Below the pieces are notes generated by a model that had not been told where the DNA came from, searched no databases, and worked only from the letters and a program-made list of their open reading frames with translations. DNA of 64,000 nucleotides, from contig CM052818.1 in the NCBI GenBank assembly GCA_028534125.1, positions 11,534,001-11,598,000 on the forward strand, written 5' to 3'. Within the stretch, counting starts at the first letter, position 1. Each line of letters starts with the position of its first letter. Below, in pieces: positions 26,526 through 37,244 of the stretch. The position numbers were made by a program, and so were the translations under genes. The DNA is from Lama glama (Eukaryota).

Positions 26526-27299
26526 TGTGGGTTTTCAAGGAAACAAGTTTCCAAATAAGGCCCTTCCTACTCTCCCTTGGGTAACTTTAATAAACCCAGT
26601 GTAAAACAAACAACAAATTGGCTGTTCCCAAGCAGATGGTGCTGCTCAGCTGCGGTTAAGCAAGGAGGCCTCCAACACGCCAAACTCTGACAAACAGTAC
26701 TTACTTACGATTTTATCATGCTGGTGAAGGCAGATAATTCACATTCAGAGTCCCTATTACAATAGCAAGGGTTATAGTACTGCTAATTTAGGATCAGGCT
26801 AGCTCACACGTGGCAGAGGAGGGGGTGGGAAATGGCCAAGGACCCACGCTGCCAGCAAGTCCTGCCCCAAAGGCACACTCCCAAATCCAGACAGAAAGGA
26901 AAAAGACAATTGAGGGCTAACACTTACTGGTACGTGGGACCTACTGGTTACAGCTGTGCCACTACATAATAAAGGCTATAAAAGTTAGTGAAAATACAAA
27001 ATTTTTATTCAGAACTTTTTTGAAAGTTCAATATTTAGTATTTTCCTCAATACATGGTCTTCCTTTTCTTACTAAAATTAAACAGACAAAAAAAAAAAAG
27101 AAAATGTAGTTACTTTCTTATTCACCAGGCACCATAAAGACTTCTGCAAATCCCTTCCAAAATACCCTGACACCATGCAAATATCAATATAGTTTCTATA
27201 TCCTGAGGTGAAAAATTCTGGAGGACATTGGCCAAGAGGCTGCCCATCAGTCCTCATGATGGTGAAGTAATTCAGTGGAGGAACCAGGGGGATTCATGA

Positions 27300-27720
27300 A
27301 CTTCATTCATTCATTAAATGATTAAATACCTATTTATGGAGCACCTGCTTTTGCTAGGCATAGTCCTAGGTGCTGAGATACAACAAATAACAAAACAAAG
27401 TGCTTAATTTAATAGCACTTAAATTCTGAATAGAGAAAACAGGGCAGTGAAAACACACAAGTAATGCAGGATGGCTGTAAGCACCAAGAATGAAAACCCA
27501 GTAGAGTAGGATCAGGAGTGAAAGCATGACCACCAGGGGTGCAACCTGAGGTGCAGTTGATGAAGAAAGACTGCATCAACTGCAGAGAGTGTGTTCAGGC
27601 AGTGGGAGCAAAATCGTCCCTGAGAGGGGATTTTCTTGGTGGTTCAAAGAACAGCAAGAAGCCAGGGTAGCTAGAGCTGAGAGAACAAGGGAGAATGTGT
27701 AGGGCATACAGATTATAGGA
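27300..27720 (-). mobile_element. L2 3' end (L2a-like)
   Basis: ttcattcattcatt ... tttatggagcacctgcttttgctaggcatagtcctaggtgctgagataca ... aacagcaagaagccagggtagctagag. Confidence 0.8.
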
Positions 27721-28059
27721 GGTCCAAGCAAACAGTCAGCAACCAAAAAAGTTGTAATAAGGCCCTAAGGAGCAAGCTAAACCAGATACCTCCAGTACAG
27801 ACCAGGAGTCATGACAACACACCCCATCTTAGACATGCTTTAGTCGCTGTCTCTGTGCCAGCATCTCCCAATTAGCTCTCCCGAGTCCACCCATCTTCCA
27901 TACAACTGTGTCCACCTGGGTGACTGCCACACCTCCAGTGGTGCCCCAAAGATCTGCCCGGGAGAATAAACTCCCCACACCTACAGGCCCCTCATAATAG
28001 GAAGCCATCCCCTGCTCTGAGCCTCCTCTGCTCCATTCTTGGGCACGCTAAATTCTAAA

Positions 28060-28240
28060 GACACTAGTTTATTTGCAATTTCAAACCAAGCTATGCTCTC
28101 TCAAGCCTTCAGATACACACCTTTCTCTGCTGTGATGCCCTCTCTCCACCCACCCCAAGCCTTGCTCATAGCTGTCTGCCAAATTCCTACTCATTCCTCA
28201 AGCCCCACTTACATATAACTCCTCTGGGAAGCCTCCACCC
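28060..28240 (+). mobile_element. L2 fragment
   Basis: aattcctactcattcctcaagcccc ... cctctgggaagcct. Confidence 0.55.
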
Positions 28241-29689
28241 ACCACTGCTAAAGAAAGGACCAGGAAGATCAGAGTTTGGGTGAAAAGGTTTTCTGAAAGC
28301 CAACTGGAACACTCAGAAGCCTAGCTTGTTAACTTCCCAATTCCAAATTGTGTCCTAAATTGTTAATAACAGACGCCTATCTTCAGCAGAACACCTGAGA
28401 TGTGATTACGTAGAAAGCAGAAAGCTGCAAAGCTAGACTATCTGGAGCACATTATCTGGTGATAAAGGTACAAAGAGTTTGAGGCAAAAAAAAAACAAAC
28501 TTCATAAACAATTTAAAATGAAAACTGAAATTCGAGGTGAGGAAAAATGCCATGAGAAACTAGAAGGAAGAACAAAGCCCCTAGACTATGATAAAAGGCC
28601 TCAATCACTGGGTAGGTGAAGGAGAAATAGAGTTTATTGGAAGTAATTTAGTGACTACTTATGGAATTACAATAAAGGTGACAAAAATCCCAGAATTTGT
28701 AAGGCAAATGTAAATATAAATATAAATCAATTACTGGCTTATTATTTCATTAAATTGAAGATGGAAAGGACCAATTCTTGAGTCACAGCGTTTGCCTCCT
28801 GGGGTCCTAGATAGCTTTCCCTGTCAAATTAAAATAAAAAAGATAAATAAACATGAGAAATTAAGAATGTCGAAGTATATGAAGGGAAAAGAAAAGAAAG
28901 AGGAAAATGATGTTTCACAATTATTATCCAGGCTAAGAGAAACAAAATTACTTGATCATAAATTCAAGATAATCTGGTTTTCTTTATGAGTTCCCATTTT
29001 ATTAATGAAAGCAAGGTAACACCTTATTGTACCCGGGTGAATTAAAATGCCTATTTGAAGAAGCAATCCTCCATAGGGGTCTTTAATAGAATCTGTGAAT
29101 GGTTCTAGAGCCAGATAATTTAGCTGTAAAAAGGCAATATTAATATTAACCTCTCCATGTGCACAGACCTACCTTGAGGGGCACAGGGACAGGGAAATGT
29201 TAACAGAATAAACCAGGCACATCATTTCTTTAAAAAAAATCGGAACTACTTCAGGGGCAAAAATTGGATAAACCTCTTCTACAAAATTGCTTGCAACATT
29301 CACTGTTAGCCCTTCATGCCTCTTGCTCCTAACAACACTGACCAGAAATCCTGTGCTTTCAGTGCTGCTCATATTATTTTCTGACTTTGTATTCAGGGTG
29401 TATGACTTGTAAGAAGTCTAATAGCAAAGCATTTAATCGAAATAAGCAGAATAGAAAATGAACTGCCAAATGCAGAACAGCCTCAACAGGAGCCATGACA
29501 ACACATTTCCAAATTAGAGGCAGGTCCTCAGTAGGGCACCCAGAGACTATGAGGAAATGAAATAAAAAGATAATTCAAGGGAAGAGGCAAACGTACTTTA
29601 ACTGAGCAATTGGTCAGTTGGTGAGAAATACAGGTATAATAACGAATGGCTCTTCTTCTTGGCTCCAGACTTGCAGTTAGATGTTTAAG

Positions 29690-30667
29690 GAAATGCCAAT
29701 ACATTTCAGTCATTGTCCCCATCACCATCTTCTGGATTATTGCAAACCTCCTAGCATTGCTGTTTCCAAACTTTTTCAATCCATCCTAGGTAGCTCAACC
29801 AGATTCTTCCTTCTGATGCCCTACTCTATCCACGTCACTTCCCTGCTCAAATGCCTTCAGTTGCACACCATTATTCACTAAACTCCTAGTTGAACTTCTA
29901 TTAGCTGACATATATGATCTTTTACCATGAGAATTCAATCTACATTTCCAGCCTTCTGACTCATTAATACTCAAACATGGATTTCTCTAAATTGTATGAT
30001 TCTCTATTCCTCAAACATCTCCATGTTCTTCATACTCCTGTCACATTTTCCCAACATTTAGGTTTTCTCCTTTATCTCCATCTCCACATATTAAAAGCCT
30101 ACTAGTTCTTCAAGTCCTGATTCAACTGCCACCATTTCCAGGATGCTTCCCCCTGATTATTCCACAAAGAAGTAGTCTCTGCTAACTCCTATAGCTTTTT
30201 TGATACTTTTCAAATTTCACCTTATACTATGATTATTTATAAATCATATCTTATTTCCTTCTTCCAATCCACTAAGATAAGTTCTTGGAAGAAACAGTTT
30301 AGCCTAGTTGGGGGAAAAAATAAAGAAAACCCAACAAAGCTGAGTGTGATACTAAGAGCTTTTACCAACTAGCTGTACAAACTTAAGTAGAGAATCAGTT
30401 TTGCTAAACTGTTTGCTCAAACTGTAAAATTGGTGATAATTATGCCTGCCTTAATTCAGGCTGTAAGGATGAATAACACTGTATATAGTGTTAGCACAAT
30501 GCCATGCATATACTAAGTGCTCAATAAATAGCTATTATTACTATCAAAAGTGGACACTGTTTATTATCAATCTTTGTGTTTCATAGAGCAAATAATTAGC
30601 ATGCCTTGCATACACTAGGTATTCAATGAATGTGTGCTGAATGAAAGAATGAATGAATGAGTGAATA
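29690..30667 (+). mobile_element. L2 element with (TGAA)n tail, interrupted by a MIR
   Basis: ctggattattgcaaacctcct, cacgtcacttccctgctcaaa and the terminal ggtattcaatgaatgtgtgctgaatgaaagaatgaatgaatga. Confidence 0.8.
30340..30543 (+). mobile_element. MIR nested in L2
   Basis: ctagctgta ... ctgtaaaattggtgataatta ... taagtgctcaataaatagctattatta. Confidence 0.75.
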
Positions 30668-31178
30668 GCTCAAAGACTGTTTCTGATCCCAATGAAGACT
30701 CTCAAAAGTTAGCAGATGCTTAGAAGCCTGAATAGAGGTGGAAGGTGGTTATACATTCCTTTCCTTTGAAAACACCATTACCATGACCATCTTTAACCCT
30801 GAGGAACTAGAAGAAGACAAATCAACAACTAGAATATCCAGTCCAACAGAGTAAAATTGAGGTTCTGAACAATCCAGAAGAAGAATCCATCCAAAAACAT
30901 TTAAATTTGATGTTGCAATATGGTTTTGATATTTGTATTTGGAAATAATTTATTTTAGAATTTACAGGCCATCTAATTGTTACAGATTTGTTTCCAACAT
31001 TTTTCTCTTCCTTTACCCCCAAAAGAAAAAGCACCCCCCACCAGAAGTAGAAGCAAGGCAAGCAAAGCAAGGAACTTGCTTAACAGTTTTTTGTTTTTTG
31101 CTTTTTTTTTTTTTTGGCTTGGGATATTAACTTGGCTGTGTGTATTTTATAACTCATCAATGTTGAGGAGAAGGTAAT

Positions 31179-31697
31179 TGTGGCAAGCTGCAATTTCCAG
31201 AAGTGACCACAACAAGATTAAAGTCCTACATACTCTTTCAGAATCATCTCACTCCCCATGAAGAAGTGGAGTATATTTCCCCTTCCCATGAATTGTTAGG
31301 CTTATGACTACTCAGACCTATAGAGCTGAGACTATTGGTCTCATGACTGCTCAATTCAAAAGGAAACCGCTTCTGCCCAGGTCTCTCCCAACATGTTTTG
31401 CAGAAAACCCATACCATAGGCAGAGGTCATGTGTAGGTGTTCTGGTCAACAGCCCCAGATCAGTTTTAGCTCACAGTCACCATCAACTGCTAGGAATGTG
31501 AGTGGGCAAACTTGAAATGATTCCAGCCCCCAGCTTTTGAGTCTTCCACCTGCGGTCCCAGACATGATGCAGTGGAGACAAACTGTCCCCACTGTGCCCT
31601 GACTGAATCTCTAACCCATAGAATCAATAAGCCTAATAAATAATTGATACCAGTAGATTTGGGGATAATTTGTTATGCAGTCATAGTAACTGGGACG
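31179..31697 (+). mobile_element. Solo MaLR LTR (MLT1G/H-like)
   Basis: Starts tgtggc; contains gatgcagtggagacaaactgtccccactgtgccctgactgaat; ends tggggataatttgttatgcagtcatagtaactgggac. GTAAT occurs near both ends (possible TSD). Confidence 0.8.
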
Positions 31698-34600
31698 TAG
31701 TAATTAGATATCTTGTTTTTTTAGGTGTCCAGTTGGATTATAGGTCTCATGAGTACGGGAAAAATGAAAAGAAAACAGTTGGGTTGAACAAGTTATTCTA
31801 AACCTTTAGTACGATTGATTAGCATGTCAAAAATGTGGCAAGTCCATCCTCGGATAGTTAAAAGTTAGCTATAATGACTGGACAGATATATGGAGTTTTG
31901 CTGTACATAAGTACTGACCAGAAAGCCAGAAAGAGACAAATGGACAACAGTAACCACAGTAAATCAGCAACACACAGAGTTAATCTGGTACCCTCAATAA
32001 TTTAAAAACTACCCAAAAAAATCCAATTTTGCGTTTCAGAGAGTCTTTCAAATGCTTTTTGAAATAAAGCTGGGTAACCTTTACGGCTTTTCCCACTTTT
32101 CTCTTATTTCATTGTCTAGCATGAAGCCTCATTTTTTCATAGCACATGAGAAATTCTGACACTCAACTAAGACCTGATAATATTAGTAGTAAATGCCATT
32201 CATAAAAATTGTACACATATCTGGAAGGAACATTAAGGCCTTGTCTTTTCCCATTGTCTACTTTATGGGCCATAAAATATTATTCCCATTACGTAGATCA
32301 GACATGTGAAGTCCAGGGAAATTCAGTATCTTACCAGGTTATACAGCTGCTAGGAAGGAGCCAAGGACTAAAATCCAAAGCCACTTTCTTTTACTTCGAG
32401 TTTTTCTCTAATGATACTACCTCTTAACAGAAAGATAAATGATAGTTATATTATGTAAACAAGAATGTGAACTTTCTTATTTTTCTAATAAATTAAATAA
32501 AATTGACCAATGTGAACTATTGCCTCTTCTCTAGGTAATGAACTATTCCTTCCATCCTACACATTTGCAGCCAGGAAGGCAAAGGAAGTCTGCTGTTGCC
32601 TTACACAACTGGGAGACGTGAACCCTCCCTGCTTCCCATTCCCAGAGGAATACCAGTGGAGAAGTTGCCACCTCTGTACAGTTTGTAGAGTAAGGTTAAA
32701 AACAAGTGAGTTCTTCATTTTGTTTTTGTTTTTTTGTCATCTGTCTTCCATGTCAGTCTCGTCTGTCCATCTTGTTGCTTTGATTAGTAAAACCAAAACC
32801 TTCTGTTTAGGCTTTGATATAGCTAATATTTTATCTGGTTCCTTACAGCCAAAAAAGAAGGAAGAGAAGAGAACAGAAGACAAAAAGTCATCAGTGGTCT
32901 CTTGTTTTCCCAAAGCTTCATGAAATTCATTAAGCTCCACTGAGATTTTCGTTTACTTTTACACAATATTTCTCCTTCCCTGGGAAGAAAAATACTGACT
33001 GGCTTACTACAGGGTGAATATATACATAAAACCTGTAAATCACAGAGGATCTAAATGCTTGCTATGGTTTTTCAATGCTCTAGACCTGAATAGAAATAAA
33101 GCTTTAATGGAAAGAAGGAAAAGAAACCACCATTTCAAGTAAATTAAAAGCAACCTCCAGGCAAAGGACTATACCTGCAAAATAACTTTCCTTCTAGTAT
33201 AAAATTTAGAATAGAGGAACAGAAGGAGCCCATTTCTAAAAGCAGTGACTTTCAATCCGTTCATTTACCACTCAGTAAAATTCAAAAGTCAGTTCATTGT
33301 CGAATCCAGTCATTAAGCCGTAATATCGGGCTTTAACAAATTGAGATTTCTTTTATGTATTTGTTCCTCTATGCTGGATAAAAATAGCGCTGGGTGAAAA
33401 AGCCACTCAGAAATTTAGGGGTAGACAGAATTGCCCAGGAACATAAGCTTAGATTCTGGTCATGTAAATGCATTTCAAGAAACTTTATTTCTGCACAAAA
33501 TCTATTAACAATTCCTTAACAATTGAACCATTATTGAAGTCCTAATACTCTTTGGATGTGCACCAAGCGACTGAAAGTTGATTAAGCTGAAATTTGTGGC
33601 AGGTCTCCTGGCATGAAGAGAGGAGGGCCTGATGCCTTCGTTAATTAGACACCCCACTGTGGGAAGGAGCAATATGGTGCCCAAGCTGTGTGCTATATTC
33701 ATGACTTTATCATCACCTCACTGCACACTTCTCAGGCCCAAATAACACATGGGAGGCTGAGCTGGGGCTCTTTGCTCCTGAATCCCTCTCACATTGCTAT
33801 CCAGCCTGAAGGTCCATTTTAGAACCTCAAAAGCTCACAAAGCTCCTTCGGGGCCATGGGTGGGGTACTGGGCGGGGCTGCAGTTAACCAGTAAACCCAG
33901 AGCTGTAGTCTCTAAAGGGCTCACTCTAAAACAGCCTCTTGTAGATTTCTGACAGGAATATTTTTGAAATTCCCCAATGTGCGCAAAAAGCACACTGAAG
34001 CAGTAGGAGACATTCTTCCTGCTTCTTTAGATAAGGTTGAGACAGCCTGAAAACTGCTCAGATGGTGGTTTGGAATGTGCTGTGAAAACCTTTTCTTACC
34101 AGTCAGATAACCTGTCAGCCATAATAACAACACAGGCATTGTTTGCCAGCTGCTTAACTCACTTCCTGGAAGGCACTGACCAGATTTTCTTTTCCTCTTA
34201 GCCAAATAAATGAGTTAAGTATTTTAAACACATTTGTCCAGCATATAATGAGTACTTAATACTTTTGGTTAAAGAATTTCATTCCCGAAATTTAGTAGCT
34301 TCGCTTGGACTTTGAGGAAGGAGATACGGGGTTGGGGGAAGGAGGGAGAGAAGCCTCCAAGGATATACTTCAAGAAAAAAAATCTCTGACTATATTTTCC
34401 CTGAAGCCTTGGGCTAAAAGAATCTTCCTGTGGGAGAAAGGGTCAGGGCATTGGCGCTGTCTTGCTTACAGGTTCCCACCATAATGTCAGAACTCAACAG
34501 GCACAAAGCTCTCCAAAAGAGGCCTCCACTTCCCCCTGAGTGGAGAGGGCATCAGTGTGAGGTCTTTTGCTTCTCTAGGGAGAACGTGGATTGGACTGCC

Positions 34601-35624
34601 TTGGGTGGCAAGATAGTTTTCTTATGAAAATGACCTTTCTCTGTAAAGCTCTTATAGTGAGTTAATATCAACTCAGTTAAAAATGACAGGGGAACTACTT
34701 AATACTCCTTCCCTAGTTACTTTAGTGATAATAGCAGTATTACCATTCTAAGTATTTGAGGAAGTAGAAAGATCATTGCCTTCAAAGAGTTATACAAGGA
34801 AGTAGCTGACAGAGAAAACTATTATCCCTTGATTCCTGACTCTCCTTCTCTTAAGAGATAAACTGGCATATTTTCTATTTCTGGACTCTTTCTTTGTTTT
34901 TCTGATAATACCACCAGCAATCAGAAAAGAAACCCACTGCAATGTTAGCAGGTCATCAAAACTTGGTAGGAGAAAGGCTTGAAGTACACTGTAAAGCAGT
35001 GGTTAGTGAGTTCTGTCTGAATTGCATTTCTCAGTATCCTTGATTAGCATATACAGTAGAGAATTGTATATGCTAAAAGGCTGGCTGTACTAGGTCTTCA
35101 CTGATTGAATCTAATTTGACTAACAAAGCTGTGTGTTCAAAGGGCCTTATAACTCAATAAAACAGGAAATTTATCATCCACTACATCATGCTCTAGAATA
35201 CCTATTTTTGATAAGCAATTCAGGTATTAAAAATAAAAAAGCAGCAAGCCCCCGGCTGGAAATTATGTGTAAACATTATTCATGGGGAAGCCAAAAGAAA
35301 CACAAAAACAAAAAAACATAATTTCATCTCTGTTTGTTCTGAACCTGTAACCAGGAGACAGAGGGCAAGTCACTCAGCCTCTCCTTATCCAGGAACTGCT
35401 GCATTTCTCAGGGCCCTACTTAAAAGCTACCTCCTTCTCAGAATTATCCCCTAACTAATCGTCCCAGATAGAAGAGGTCCACTCCTTATCTTTCACTTCT
35501 GAAGCAGGAACTGTCATTAACACCCGTGTAGTATTCATTTCACTGCATCTTGGATGGTATTGATGTATGTGTGCGTGTATGTTTTATCAAAGCTGAAAAA
35601 ACGAAACAAACAAACCCCAGGGAT

Positions 35625-35830
35625 CTTGAGTGAGGTTCAGACCCTAGGGGTGATCTGCCACTGCCTGTCCTTAAGCAAGCTGCCTCACCTCTCCCAGACT
35701 CAGTTTCCTCACTTGAATAATAAGGGTACTGCTCATCTCCAGTATGTCTAAAGATTCAACAAGGTATAAACGCATCCAGTGCTGAGCAAGGGCACTGACA
35801 CGGAGGAGACTGCCAGTGAGTGTTGGTTTC
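35625..35830 (+). mobile_element. MIR within L2 remnants (about 35400-35900)
   Basis: ccttaagcaagctgcctcacctctcccagactcagtttcctcacttgaataataagg. Confidence 0.7.
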
Positions 35831-36310
35831 TTTCACTTTCTCGTAACAAGATTATAAACTCCCAGACTGGGATCACATCTTACATGTCAGCACAGCCTTG
35901 AAAGAGGCAGTGACTTCAAATAGTTGTGGAATTCATATTTTGAATAACAATGAGAGAAGTATAAAGTGGTAGAAGGCCAAAATAGCAAGTGCAACGGAAA
36001 GACGCTGATATCCAGACATAGGAGAGTCCTGTTTATTTCGGAAAATAGCAGTAAATAATTCCCACTGGCTGCTGGAGGAGAAGAGGGAGATGATCGTTCC
36101 ACGTGGATGAGGATTACAGTGCAAGCTTCTGATGTGGAGGCTACAGGAAGTGAAAGGACGGGAGAGAGGTGAAAGGGCAGGAGGATCAGGCATGGAGGAA
36201 GGACGGGCGAGGTGGCAGTGAATGCTAGTGTTTGAGAGTGATGAAGAGTGTAAATGGTCCATTGCTATTGTGTTTCCTTTGAAAAAGAGACTATAGTTAT
36301 AAAAAATTGG

Positions 36311-36600
36311 AAACAGACAGACAGAAAAAATAAAATATGGTCACCAAAGAGGAAAAGGGCGGAGGGTTAATTAGGAGTATGAGATTAACAGATACACACC
36401 ATTATATATAAAATAGATAAACAGTAAGGACCTACTGTGTAGCACAGGGAACTATATTTAATATTTTGTAATAATCTGTAATGGAAAAGAATCTGAAAAA
36501 GAATATATTAATGTATATGTATAACTGAACCACTTCACTGTACATCTGAAACTAACACAATCTTGCAAATCAACCATAGTTCAATTAAAAAAATAAATAA
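36311..36600 (+). mobile_element. Younger 5'-truncated L1 3' end of artiodactyl type
   Basis: gattaacagatacacacc..tatatataaaatagataaac..aaggacctactgtgtagcacagggaactatatt..ggaaaagaatctgaaaaagaata..ctgaaactaacacaa, then an A-tail. Flanks aaaaaattgg / aaaaatttgg are TSD-like. Confidence 0.9.
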
Positions 36601-37230
36601 AATTTTTTAAAAATTTGGTGCCAGCATGAAGTACCAAAAACTCACGGGAAAAAAATTTTAATGACATATCACCTTCATGACCAGAAGATATCTTCCAAAC
36701 TAAAAGGCAAAGAACTTCATTCAACTCCCAAATTTGGCTAGGACAGATCTCAAATCCCTGAAAATTAAAATAGACTAATCATACTAGATTTTCCTTAGCA
36801 GATTAGTGAAATTGGCTTAACTGTTTCTAGCTCAAAGGAAAAACAAATTTAAGCCTTGAAAGATGCATCTTCTTGCAATCCTTTTTAAATTTGGAAAAAG
36901 AAGAACCAAAGAACTTGGAGATACTTAGCACAAAATGTGTCAGTGACACAACCAAATAAAAACTATTACCTCATATCTGGACTTCACCTTAGAAATGCAC
37001 TATTGAACATTTCAGTGTACTACTGGATTCTTCCATAATGACACCTCCATAGATCATGTTTTGTCCCTACCACTTCCCTTGCGAAAGAAAAAACAAATCA
37101 CACTGATAAGCACCCACTCAACTCACTCCTAAGCACTCCGCATGTTAATTTGTCAACAACACAAATTTAATTCGTCTCAGCATTATTCTCCTGTGGTGCG
37201 TACCCCTCCATATAAACAAAATGGGGATTC

Positions 37231-37244
37231 GTTGCCATGACAAC
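37231..37244. promoter_or_regulatory. RFX X-box motif
   Basis: GTTGCCATGACAAC, a 13/14 match to the palindrome GTTGCCATGGCAAC, in repeat-free sequence. Confidence 0.55.
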
